Positions 18,754 through 31,691 of a DNA stretch of 64,000 bases are shown piece by piece (within the stretch, counting starts at the first letter, position 1; each line of letters starts with the position of its first letter). Source of the stretch: an uncultured Candidatus Rokubacteria bacterium (GTDB lineage Bacteria; Methylomirabilota; Methylomirabilia; Rokubacteriales; CSP1-6); assembly GCA_963762145.1 (NCBI GenBank), contig CAVXJS010000009.1, positions 512,001 to 576,000 on the forward strand, given 5' to 3'. The translations under genes and the position numbers were made by a program. The notes below the pieces were generated by a model. That model saw only the letters and a program-made list of their open reading frames with translations, was not told the origin of the DNA and made no database searches.

Positions 18754-20769
18754 ACAGGCGCGACCTCCACCGCCGCGTCGAACGCGGCCTGGCCGGCCGA
18801 GAACCCGAACACGTCCACCGCCGCGTCCGGGATGCACGCCGCGCCGGAGGTGAGCCGGTTGAGGCCGTCCCACCCGTCTCGCATCCAGACGGTGCGCGCG
18901 GGCACGCGATCGGTCACGCGGGCGCGGGCGCGCATCTCGCCGCGCTCGTTGAACACGCGCACCGCGGCGCCGTCCGCCACCGCGCGCGCGACCGCGTCGG
19001 CGGGCGACAGCCACAGCACCGGCTCGGGCTCGAGCGCGGCCAGCGACGGCAGGGCCCGCCCGTGATCGTAGAAGCCGTGGAAGTGCCCGAGGGTGCGCCC
19101 CTGGCGGAGCACGAGGGGGAAGCGCCCGGCCGGGAGATCCTCGTGCACCGGCAAGGGGGCCAGGCCGAGGCTCTCCGCGCGCGCCGAGTAGAGCTCCACC
19201 TTTCCGGACGGCGTGGGGAACACCAGATCCGGATGGCCCACCGACGACACGCGGAGCGCGCGCATCCCGCCCTCCGCGCGCAGGGCCGCCACCGTGGCGT
19301 GCCCGGTGGCCGGGTGATCGAGGATCGCGTCGATGGGCCCCGCCGCGTCCGCCCACGGATAGAAGTCGGCGATCTCGAGGCGGCGCGCGAGCTCCTGCAG
19401 GACCCACGCGCCGGGGCGCGTCTCGCCCCGCGGGCGGCAGGGCCGGCTCCATCAGGTAGAGATGCGTGTTGGTCGCCTTGCAGCCGAGCTCCTCGAGCCA
19501 CGACGTGCCGGGCAGGACGACGTCCGCGAAGCGGCGCGCGGTGTCGTTCCAGAAGAGCTCGTGGCTGACGATCAGGTCCTGGCGCGCGAGCGCGGCCTCG
19601 ACGCGGGCGCTGTCCGCGAACGACGAGAGCATGTCGGTGCCGAAGAGCAGCAGCGCGCGGACCCGGCCGGTCTCGAGCGCCTCGGTGATGCGCGGCATCT
19701 GGTTCGGCACGTAGTCGCCGGGCGGCCGCCGCTCGGCGAGCGCGATGTCGGTGAGGCCAAAGCCGTGCCCCTTGCTGCCGTGGCGCGGGCCCAGGCCGCC
19801 CCCCGCGATCCCCAGGTTGCCGGTGAGCGCGGGCAGGCACGCCACCGCGCGCGCGCCCTGCCAGCCGTTGGCGCCCTTGTGCATGCTGCTGCCGCCCAGC
19901 ACGATCATGGCCGGCCGCGTGCCCGCGTAGCGGCGGGCCAGGCCCACGATCACCGCCTCGTCGAGGCCGGTGACCGCGGCGGCCCACGCGGGCGGGTGCC
20001 GACGCACGTGCTCGGCGAGGGCCTCGAAGCCGGTGGTGTGCCGCGCGACGAACTCCCGGTCGCAGAGATCCTCCGCGACGAGCACGTGCATGATGCCGAG
20101 GGCGAGCGCCGCGTCGGTGCCGGGTCGGATGATCAGCACCTCGTCCGACTGCGCGGCGGCCTCGGTCCGGCGCACGTCGATCGTGACCACGTGGGCGCCG
20201 CGGCGACGCGCGGCCACCAGATGCGGGGCGGTGTTCGGCTGGCTCGCGAGATTTGCGCCCCACAGCACGATCAGCTGCGCGTGCGCCCCCATGTCCTCCT
20301 TGGTATTGGTCTCGAGCGGACCGGTGAGGCCGATGCCGAACCCGCCGAGCCCCCAGCAGATCATGGTGGGCGCCCACCACTGGCAGCCCCAGAGATTGGC
20401 GAAGCGTCGAAGGAGCTCCGAGTTGACGCGCGTGCCGTAGTTGTTGGCGAAGAAGCCGTGGCCCGACCAGAGCCCGACCGCCTCGCGCCCGACCGACCGG
20501 AGCGCTTCCGCGATGCGATCGAGCGCCGCGTCCCACGTCACCTCCCGGAACGGCGCGTCCCGGCGGTCGCGCGCGAGAGGGGTCAGCAAGCGCTGCGGGT
20601 TTCCGATGATCTCGCGCGAGGCGTGGCCGCGCACGCAGAGGAAGCCGCGGCTGTCGGGATTGTCCGGGTCGCCCGCGACCTCGACGAGCCGCCCGTCCTC
20701 GACGGTGACCAGCATCCCGCAGAGGGTCGGATGGCAGTTCATGGGGCACATGGTGCGGATGGTGGCCAT
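18750..20769 (-). CDS. Cytoplasmic molybdopterin (bis-MGD) oxidoreductase, DMSO-reductase family; one indel near 19430
   Basis: N-terminal CPMNCHPTLC...C [4Fe-4S] motif, WGANL, RPGTDAALA, ADVVLPGTSWLE, FPTPSGKVE; no Tat signal. Confidence 0.88.
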
Positions 20770-20785
20770 GTGCGGGTGCCCCGGG

Positions 20786-23469
<2,684 letters not shown>

Positions 23470-23520
23470 AGGACGGGTATTATACGCCCGGCGTCAGACC
23501 CCCGGAATCGGGCGCCGGAA

Positions 23521-24047
23521 TTAGGCCCCGCCGTCTTCCTCGATGCCGGAGAGGTCCGCCCCGCGCTCGGCCAGCAGCACCCGCACCGCGTGTCGCACCG
23601 TCGCGGCCGGATAGCCGCGGCGCAGGAGATAGTCGGCCAGCCGGGCCGGCGCCCGGGCGGCCTGGCCGCGCAGCAGGGCGGGCAGCCGCCGCCGGCCCGC
23701 CTCGAGCGCGCGCTCGAGCTCCGCCACCTCCTCGAAGGCGGCGGCGATCGCGGCTTCGGCCATGGCCCGCGGAATCCCCTTGGCGCAGGAGCTCCTGTCG
23801 CAGCCGGTGACTGCCGACCCGGCGCCCGCTGGCGCGCGCCTCAGCCCACCAGCGGGCGAAGGCCTGGTCGTCCAGATAGCCGCGGTCGACGAGATCGGCG
23901 ACCACGGCCTGCGCGACGTCGGCGGGGGCGCCGCGGCGCTGGAGGCGGCGGGTCAGCTCGCGGCCGGCTCCAGGACTTGCGGGCCAAAAGATCGAAGGCC
24001 GCCAGCCTGGCGGCCTTCGCGTCGAGCGTCGGGGCGGGCGGCGGCAG
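23521..24047 (-). CDS. recX: Regulatory protein RecX; indels
   Basis: AFDLLARKSWS, GYLDDQAFA, RLRQEL, YLLRRGY; lies between recA/pilT and alaS. Confidence 0.8.
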
Positions 24048-24049
24048 TG

Positions 24050-25259
24050 CTACCCCGCTTTCTTCCCGAAGGGGCTGCGCACCGCCGCGGCCGGCGCGGC
24101 GGCGGCTACGCCCGGCTGCGTGGGCGCGGCGGTCGACGCGGTGTTGCTGCCGCCGGGATGCTCCCAGGTCATCTCGCCGGTGGAGAGGATGCCCTTGACC
24201 TTGAGATCGAAGTCGTCCGGGTTGGTGGCGGCGTCGCGCGCGGTCTCGTAGGTGATCAGCTCCTCGCGATAGAGCTGCAGCAGCGACTGGTCGAAGGTCT
24301 GCATGCCGTACTGGGCCTTGCCCGCCGCGATGACGCTCGGGATCTGCGGGGTCTTCTCGGCCTCGCGGATGCAGTCGCGGATGAGGCCGGTGGCGATCAT
24401 GACCTCGACCGCGGGCACGCGGCCGCTTGCCGTCGGCGCGCACCACGAGGCGCTGGGAGACGATGCCCTGGATGACCGCGGCGAGCTGGTCGCGGATCTG
24501 GTCCTCCTGGTGCGGCGGGAACATGGAGATGATCCGGTTGATGGTCTCCGCCGCGTTCAGGGTGTGCAGCGTGGAGAGGACGAGGTGGCCGGTCTCCGCC
24601 GCGTGGAGCGCCACCTCCATGGTCTCCGCGTCGCGCATCTCACCGACGAGGATGATGTCGGGGTCCTCGCGGAGCGCGGCGCGGAGCGCGTTGGCGAAGT
24701 TCACCGAGTCGTGGCCGATCTCGCGCTGGCTGATCACGCACTTGTTGTCCTGGTGCACGAACTCGATCGGGTCCTCGATCGTGATGATGTGGTCGTTCCG
24801 GTTCCGGTTCACGAAGTCGATCATGGCCGCGAGCGTGGTGGACTTGCCGGAGCCGGTGATGCCGGTGACCAGGATCATCCCGCGGCGCTCCATGCAGAGC
24901 CGATCGAGGACCTTGGGCAGGTGCAGCTCGTGGAAGGCGGGGATGCGCTCGGGCACGTGCCGGAAGACGCCGCGCACCTCGCCCATGGGCGAGGAAGATG
25001 TTGCACGCGGAAGCGGCCGACGCCCGGGCAGCAGTGTAGCCGACGTCCATCTCCTTGCCTTCCATCAGCATGTTGAGACGGCTGCTCTCCGAGGAGGGTC
25101 ATCGCCATCCCGTCGCACGAACTCGTGGGTGATCAGCGGGAGGTCGTCCTGCACCTCGAGGTGACCATGGATCCGCAGGATCGGCTTCGAGGCCGGCTTC
25201 AAATGCAGGTCGGAAGCCTTGCGCTGCGCGGTCTCCGTCAGCAGCTGCTGCAGTTCCAT
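24050..25259 (-). CDS. pilT: Type IV pilus twitching motility ATPase PilT; indels
   Basis: [62 protein letters not shown]. Confidence 0.92.
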
Positions 25260-25272
25260 GGGGTTACCGCTC

Positions 25273-26320
25273 CTACTTGGCCACCTTCTCCGGCGCCGGC
25301 TGCGACGCGCCCCCGACGGCTTCAGGCCAAGGGCATCGCGGACTTTGACTTCGAGGTCGGCCAAGAGCTTGGGATTGTCCTTCAGATACCGCTTGGCGTT
25401 CTCCCGTCCCTGCCCGATTCGCTCACTCTTATAGCGTGTACCAGGTGCCGGATTTTTCGACAACGTTGTGCTCGGCGGCCAGGTCCAGAACGCGAGCCCT
25501 CCTTGGAGATCCCCTCCCCGTAGATCACGTCGAATTCGGCCTCGCGGAACGGCGGAGCAAGCTTGTTCTTCACGACTTTGACCTTGGTGCGGACGCCGAC
25601 GGCCTCGGTCCCGTTCTTGATGGTGTCCTGCCGGCGGATGTCGAGCCGTATAGAGGAGTAGAACTTCAGCGCCCGCCCACCGGTGGTCGTCTCCGGGGAC
25701 CCGAACATGACGCCAATCTTTTCGCGTATTTGGTTGATGAAGATCACCGCCCCCCCGGACCGGGAGATGGCAGCGGTGAGCTTGCGGAGGGCCTGAGACA
25801 TCAGCCGCGCCTGCAGGCCCGGGAGCGAGTCGCCCATGTCGCCATCCAGCTCCGCGCGCGGCACCAGCGCGGCCACCGAGTCGATCACGATCACGTCCAC
25901 GGCATTGGACCGTACGAGGGCCTCGGCGATCTCGAGCGCCTGCTCGCCGGTGTCGGGCTGGGAGATCAGCAGCTCGTCGGTGTTGACGCCGAGGTTCTTG
26001 GCGTACTTGGGATCGAGCGCGTGCTCGGCGTCGATGAAGGCGGCGGTGCCGCCCATGTGCTGAGCCTCCGCGATGATGTGGAGCGCCAGCGTGGTCTTGC
26101 CGGACGACTCCGGTCCGTAGATCTCGGTCACCCGGCCGCGCGGAATGCCGCCGATGCCCAGCGCGACGTCGAGCTGGAGCGCGCCGGTCGGGATGACGGA
26201 GATCTCATCGAAGATGCCGCCCTGACCCAGACGCATGATGGCGCCCTTGCCGAACTGGCGGTCGATCGCGGTGATGGCCAGCTCCAGGGCCTGGCGGCGG
26301 TCGCTCTTGACGTCAGCCAT
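25273..26320 (-). CDS. recA: Recombinase A; indels near the 3' end
   Basis: [53 protein letters not shown]. Confidence 0.97.
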
Positions 26321-26394
26321 GCTGATTCTCCTCGACTACGCGTGGAAGGGACCCGTGACCGGGTCCGAGAGGTAGACGAAAAAGGGTGGATAGC

Positions 26395-27159
26395 TCAACA
26401 AGTTTCCCCATGATACGGGCGCGTCTCGATCAAAGTCAACGAAGCGAGTGTGAGAGCGCGCGGAACGTCTGTCAATGTCCCGCGTTGGATACGTGCGGAC
26501 GATCCATAGTCGAGCGAGGTGCGCGGCGCCACTCCCGGCGCTCCCTGTGCGAGGACGGCATCGAGCGCGACGAGCGCGAGCAGAGCGCCCAGCCTCACGG
26601 CGCGCCTCAGCGTGTACCGCGCGCCCGTCGGCGAGAGATCGCTGCGCATCAGCGCCACCTCAGCCACCCGCTGCGTGCCAAAGGTCGTGGTGGCCGCCTG
26701 CGCGAGCGCGCCACGCAGCGGCGGCCCGGCCTGGCGCCGCCAGCGGCGCTCGTCGGGGACGCGCCCGATGGTGAGATGCGGATGCCACGGCCGCTCCTCC
26801 CGGGCGAACCCGCGCGTGGCGAGCGCATCCGTCACCCGCGCCTGCAGCCGGCGCGCCTCGAGCGCGCCGTGGGCCAGGCCCACCCAGAGAATGCGCGGCC
26901 GCTCGAGTCCGGGGTACGCGCCGATGCCGTGGAAGGTGACGTCCACCGGCGCGCTCCCGGCCGCGGCGTCGGCCAGCGCGGCCTCGGCTTCCTCGAGCCG
27001 CTCCTCGCTCTGGTCGCCGAGGAAGTGCAGCGTGACGTGGAGGTTCTGCGGCGGCACCCACGCGACCGCGGGGCCCAGCGGTCGGAGCCGCTCGACGGTG
27101 GCCGCGACCGCCGCACGCACCCCGTCCTCGAGAAGCAGCGCGACGAACGCGCGGATCAC
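26395..27159 (-). CDS. thpR: RNA 2',3'-cyclic phosphodiesterase (2H family); the 3' end is uncertain
   Basis: IRAFVAL, two HxT motifs (HVTL, HLTI), LMRSDLSPTGARY. Confidence 0.88.
   Translation of the reverse strand: MIRAFVALLLEDGVRAAVAATVERLRPLGPAVAWVPPQNLHVTLHFLGDQSEERLEEAEAALADAAAGSAPVDVTFHGIGAYPGLERPRILWVGLAHGALEARRLQARVTDALATRGFAREERPWHPHLTIGRVPDERRWRRQAGPPLRGALAQAATTTFGTQRVAEVALMRSDLSPTGARYTLRRAVRLGALLALVALDAVLAQGAPGVAPRTSLDYGSSARIQRGTLTDVPRALTLASLTLIETRPYHGETC
26410..26475 (-). promoter_or_regulatory. Two tandem sigma70-like promoters upstream of recA
   Basis: Minus strand: TTGACA-N17-CACACT (26475-26447) and TTGACT-N18-TATCAT (26439-26410). Confidence 0.5.
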
Positions 27160-28406
27160 CGCCCTGACAGGAGGGCGCGGCGGAGCATGTCGAGGGCGGC
27201 CTGCGACGACTGCCACTTCACCGCCTCGCGCCCGCCCGCGAAGCGAAAGCGCCGCACCTCGATGCGCGGGCCGTCGCCGCCGGGCGCGGCCGCCGCGACG
27301 AACACGGTGCCGACCGGCTTGCCGGGCGTGCCGCCGTCGGGCCCCGCGATGCCGGTCACCGCGATCCCGCAGGCCGAGCCGGAGATGCGGCAGATGCCCG
27401 CCGCCATCGCCTCCGCCACCGGCGCGCTCACCGCGCCGTGCGCGCGCAGCAGATCCGCCGAGACGCCCAGGAGCTGCTCCTTGGCCTGGTTGGAGTACAC
27501 GACCACACCGCGCTCGACGTAGCGCGAAGAGCCTGCGATGTTGGTCAGCCGGTGACCGACCAGGCCGCCGGTGCAGGACTCCGCCATGGACACGGTGAGG
27601 CGTCGCTCCAGGAGGAGCCGGCCCACCGCGACTTCGAGCGTGTCCTCATCCTTGCCCCAGCAGTCGGCTCCGAGCGTAGCGCGGATCTCCTGCTCCACCG
27701 GGGCGAGCGCCGCCTCGGCCGCGCTGCGCGAGGCCGCGCGCGAGCGGAGCTGCACCCACACGTCGCCGTCCACCGGCACGCAGGAGACGGTCACCGGCCC
27801 CTCTGCGCCGAGCCACCGGGCGACCCGCTCCTCCGCGTCCGCGGGCGTGAGACCGGTGGTGTGCAGGGTGCGGAGCACCGTGCTCTCGCCCGCGCCGAGC
27901 CGCTGGCGCGCGAGCGGGCGCAGGTGCGATTCCACCAGCGAGGCGAGCATCGCGGAGCCGGACGGCAGCACCGCCACCGCGGCGCGCCGGACCTCGAGCA
28001 CCCACGCGGGCTCCCCCGCCGCGGGCCAGAGCACGGCGCCCTGCGGCAGGAGCGCCAGGCGGTCGAGCCGGCGCGGCATCGCCTGCCCGCGCCGCGCGAA
28101 ATCCTCCTCGATCGAAGCCAGCAGCTTGTCGTTGAGCACGAGGCGCGCGCCGCCGAGCCGGGAGAGCGCGCGCCGGACCACCTCGCCGCTCGAGCCGCCC
28201 GGCTGCGCCAGCACGACGACCAGCGCGGCGGCCTCGACGGCGCCGCGGAGGGCTTCCTCGACCGCGGTCTCGTCCTCGTCCACGACCTGCCGGGAGGCCA
28301 CCGGCACGCCCTCGGCCAGGAGCGCGCGCGCCACCATCATTCCCGCCGGGTCGTCCGCCGCCCCGAGCCGCGCGGCGCCCACCGTGACGATCCAGGCCCC
28401 GCTCAC
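27156..28406 (-). CDS. cinA: CinA-like protein / NMN amidohydrolase (PncC domain)
   Basis: AESCTGG, YSNQAK, HGAVS, TGIAGPDGG..KPVG; N-terminal MoCF-like domain is degenerate. Confidence 0.88.
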   Translation of the reverse strand: MSGAWIVTVGAARLGAADDPAGMMVARALLAEGVPVASRQVVDEDETAVEEALRGAVEAAALVVVLAQPGGSSGEVVRRALSRLGGARLVLNDKLLASIEEDFARRGQAMPRRLDRLALLPQGAVLWPAAGEPAWVLEVRRAAVAVLPSGSAMLASLVESHLRPLARQRLGAGESTVLRTLHTTGLTPADAEERVARWLGAEGPVTVSCVPVDGDVWVQLRSRAASRSAAEAALAPVEQEIRATLGADCWGKDEDTLEVAVGRLLLERRLTVSMAESCTGGLVGHRLTNIAGSSRYVERGVVVYSNQAKEQLLGVSADLLRAHGAVSAPVAEAMAAGICRISGSACGIAVTGIAGPDGGTPGKPVGTVFVAAAAPGGDGPRIEVRRFRFAGGREAVKWQSSQAALDMLRRALLSGR

Positions 28407-28413
28407 GGCCGGC

Positions 28414-28880
28414 TCACCGCGGGAAGCCGAAGAGGGCCCGCGCGCCCAGCACGAGCACCAGCGCGTAGAAGCCCGCGATGAGATCATCCACCATCACGCC
28501 CAGGCCGCCGGTGAGGACCTGGCTCTCGCGGGCCGGGAACGGCTTCCAGATGTCGAAGAGCCGGAAGAGCAGGAACGCGGTGACGAGCACCGGGATGGTC
28601 GGCGGCAGGAGGATCACCGAGAGCAGCATGCCCGCGACCTCGTCGATCACGATGACCCCGGGGTCCTTCCGGCCGAGCGCGCGCTCCACCCGCGAGCCGG
28701 CCCAGATCCCGACGACGGTGACGACGATCAGCGCGACCAGGATGCGCAGCGGGGTGACCGGCAGGAGCCAGATCGCGACCACGGTGACGAAGCTGCCCAC
28801 GGTGCCCGACGCCACCGGGGCGTAGCCCGCGCCGAGCACGACTGGCCAGCACGGAAGGCCAGCCGGTCGAGCCGGCCCGA
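28414..28880 (-). CDS. pgpA: Phosphatidylglycerophosphatase A (start uncertain because of indels)
   Basis: GAGYAPVASGTVGS, KDPGVIVIDEVAG, FRLFDIWKPFP, GVMVDDLIAG. Confidence 0.9.
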
Positions 28881-28885
28881 GCGGC

Positions 28886-30199
28886 TTAGTCGCCGACGAG
28901 CTCGTAGCCCTCGACCTCGACGATGGCGACCTCGGCGAAGCGCCCCGGGGTGAGCGCGCGGTCGCGCAGCAGCACCACGCCGTCGATCTCGGGCGCCTGG
29001 CCGGCGGTCCGGCCCTCGAAGGGGAACGCGGGGTCCGCGCTCGGCCCGTCCACCAGCACCGTCTGGCGGGTGCCCGAAGAGCGCCTTCTGGCGGGGCCAC
29101 GCCAGGCGGTCCTGGAGGTCCTGCACCTGCTGGGCGCGCTCGGCCATGACCTCGGCCGGCACCTGATCCGGCATGTCGGCGGCCGGCGTCCCCTCCTCCA
29201 CCGAGTAGGTGAAGACCCCGAGCCGGTCGAAGGCCACGTCCTCCACGAAGCCGAGCAGATTGTGAAAGGCGGCCTCGGTCTCGCCCGGGAACCCCACGAG
29301 CACGGTGGTGCGAAGCGTGACGCCGGGGATCGCGTCCCGCAGCCGGGCGATGACGTCCAGCATGCGCCGCGCGGTGACGCCGCGGCGCATGGCGCGCAGG
29401 ATCCCGTCGTCGCCGTGCTGCACCGGCATGTCGAGGTACGGCACCACGCGCGCGCGCTGCCACTTGGCGACGAGGCGGTCGGTGACGTGCGCGGGGTGCA
29501 GGTACATCGGCCGGATCCACGGCATCGTGGTGTCGGAGAGCGCCAGCAGCAGGTCGCCGATGTCGCCGTTGCCTGGGAGCTCGCGGCCGTAGGCCAGCGT
29601 GTCCTGCGAGACCAGGATCGCTTCCTGGACCCCGCGGCGCGCGAGCCCGTTGACCTCGGCCACGATGTCGGCGAGCGGGCGGCTCCGGTGGCGCCCGCGG
29701 AACTGCGGGATCGCGCAGAACGTGCAACCCATGTCGCAGCCCTCGGCGATCTTCACGTAGGCGTAGGGCACGCGCCCGGTGAGCAGCCGCGGGGTCTGCG
29801 CGTCGTACAGGTAACCGGGCGGCGCCGCGCTCACCCACGCCTGCCGCCCGTCGGCCTGGTTCACGAGCTCCACGATGCGGTGCAGCTCCGAGGTCCCGAG
29901 GATCGCGTTGATCTCCGGGATCTCCGAGCGGATCTCGCCGCCGTACCGCTGGGTGAGGCAGCCCGTCACGATGAGCGACCGGGCCCGGCGCCGCGCTCCT
30001 TGAGCTGCGCCAGCTCGAGGATCGTGTTGACCGACTCCTCGCGCGCCCGGTCGATGAACGCGCAGGTGTTCACCACGAGGCACTCGGCGGTCTCCGCCGT
30101 CTCCACGATCTGATGCCCGGCCTCGGTCAGCATGCCCAGCATCAGCTCGGAGTCGACCTGGTTCTTGGGGCAGCCGAGGGTCGTGAAATGGACTTTCAT
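28886..30199 (-). CDS. rimO: Ribosomal protein S12 methylthiotransferase; indels
   Basis: LGCPKNQVDSE, VNTCAFI, YVKIAEGCDMGCTFC radical SAM motif, TRAM domain (QAPEIDG). Confidence 0.93.
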
Positions 30200-30262
30200 G
30201 ACGGGGTGTTAATGATCCCACACCCTCTCCGGCGGCGTCAAACGTAGCCCTCGGAACCTTCC

Positions 30263-30291
30263 TTGACGTCACCCGGTTGAGTGGTTACCGT
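30263..30291 (+). promoter_or_regulatory. sigma70 promoter TTGACG-N17-TACCGT, 7 nt before ATG 30299 (leaderless)
   Basis: ttgacg 30263-30268, taccgt 30286-30291, ATG 30299; no SD sequence. Confidence 0.6.
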
Positions 30292-30298
30292 GTCGCGT

Positions 30299-30811
30299 AT
30301 GCTGCGGATCGATCGCATCTCCTTGGCGCTGCTGCTGTCGCTGGCCCTCCTGGCCATCGCCGGCCCGGCGGCGGCCCACGTGGCCTCGCCGGCAGCTTCC
30401 GCCCCGATCGTCCCGACGCCGGAGGCCCCCGCGCTGATCCCGACCCTGACCGCGGCCCCCGCCGCGCCCACGCTGTCCTGGTATCTGCCCGCGGCGCTGG
30501 TCCTCGTAGCCCTGATCGCCTGGCGCGGTCCGCGGCGGGTCATGATCGTGACGCTCGCCCTGCTCCTCTGTGTCTTCGCCTTCGAGGACGCGCTGCACTC
30601 GGTGCATCACGGCTTCGATCCGAAGCAGCAGGAGGCGTGCGCGGTGGCCGCGGCCACCGCCAATCTGACCGCCGTGCAGGCGGACGATCCCGGCCTGTCT
30701 TCCGTCGTGCTCCCCGTCGTCGGTCGGCCCACGACCGATCCGGCCGCGTCCGGCCCGACCCGCTTCCTCAGCCCCGACCAGGGGCGCGCTCCTCCCTCCG
30801 CGATCCTGTAG
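30299..30811 (+). CDS. Putative regulatory leader protein with a C-terminal RAPP arrest motif (CruR/CutF/DUF2946-like)
   Basis: Signal peptide (AAA/H), 2 hydrophobic segments, HSVHH...C motif, ends QGRAPPSAIL; sits directly upstream of tonB and the TBDR gene. Confidence 0.65.
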   Translation: MLRIDRISLALLLSLALLAIAGPAAAHVASPAASAPIVPTPEAPALIPTLTAAPAAPTLSWYLPAALVLVALIAWRGPRRVMIVTLALLLCVFAFEDALHSVHHGFDPKQQEACAVAAATANLTAVQADDPGLSSVVLPVVGRPTTDPAASGPTRFLSPDQGRAPPSAIL

Positions 30812-30913
30812 TCCCGCCGCGGTCTCCCGACGCCCCGCGCGCCTCGTGCGCCGTGGCCAGCGGGTGTCCCGGCTGTCGCGGCTCCAATCCTGGCCTTGCG
30901 GAGGGAAGCGTTC

Positions 30914-31678
30914 GTGCTCAACGAGCTGTCGTGGCGGCGTGCGATGCCGATCGGCCTGTCCTGCGTGCTGCACGTGGCGCTGGTCACCGGTCTCATCGTG
31001 GGTCAGCACTGGGTGACCAGCGTGGTGGCCGTTCAGCCGCCGGTCCTTCCCGTGCAGCTGGTCACGCTCGATGCCGACGAGCCACCGCGCGAAGTCGCGC
31101 CTCCGCCTCCGCCACGACGGGAGCGGACGGCCTCGGTCCGGCGATCGGAGCGGCCCCGGCCATCGGAGGTCGCCCCCGCGAGGGTCGAGGAGCCCGCGCC
31201 GCAGCCCGTCGCGCCGACGCCGGAGCCGGTGCGGGAGCCGACGGAGATCGCGCCCGCGACGGTGGCTACCCTGCCGGCCATCAGCGAGCCCGCGCCGGCG
31301 CCGGCCTCGTCGGCCCCCGCGTCCAGCAGTCCGACGGTCGCGCTGCCGGCATCGGCCCCCGTGGTGGCCGCGAAGCCCCCGACCGCGGCGCCCGAGGGCA
31401 TCACCCGCACCGCGCGGCCGCAGGGCGGATATCAGGTGCGGCCCACCTACCCGACCGCGCCGAGGCGGCTCGGCATCCAGGGCACGACGCTCCTGCGCGT
31501 GCACGTGCTGGCGGACGGACGCATCGGCGACGTGCTCGTCGAGAGCTCGGCCGGCCACCCGGATCTCGACGAGGCCGCCATCGGGGCCGTCCGGGGCTGG
31601 CGCTTCGATCCGGCACGCCGGGGCAACGAGCCGGTGGCCATGTGGGTGCTGCTCCCCGTCGAATTCCGACTCAGGTGA
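30914..31678 (+). CDS. tonB: TonB energy transducer
   Basis: SCVLHVAL TM motif, Pro-rich linker, PTYPTAPRRLGIQG, SAGHPDLDEAA, WRFDPA. Confidence 0.9.
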   Translation: MLNELSWRRAMPIGLSCVLHVALVTGLIVGQHWVTSVVAVQPPVLPVQLVTLDADEPPREVAPPPPPRRERTASVRRSERPRPSEVAPARVEEPAPQPVAPTPEPVREPTEIAPATVATLPAISEPAPAPASSAPASSSPTVALPASAPVVAAKPPTAAPEGITRTARPQGGYQVRPTYPTAPRRLGIQGTTLLRVHVLADGRIGDVLVESSAGHPDLDEAAIGAVRGWRFDPARRGNEPVAMWVLLPVEFRLR

Positions 31679-31691
31679 GGAGCCCTGGCTC

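Noticed and set aside
18750-20769. Selenocysteine recoding in the molybdoenzyme
   Set aside because: The candidate ligand codon is TGC (Cys), and the break near 19430 is an indel, not an in-frame TGA.
23521-26320. pilT inserted between recA and recX as a novelty
   Set aside because: I recall this order from deltaproteobacterial-type genomes, so it is probably a conserved arrangement.
26321-26520. LexA/SOS box upstream of recA
   Set aside because: Neither CTGT-N8-ACAG nor GAAC-N4-GTTC is present; a lineage-specific box cannot be excluded.
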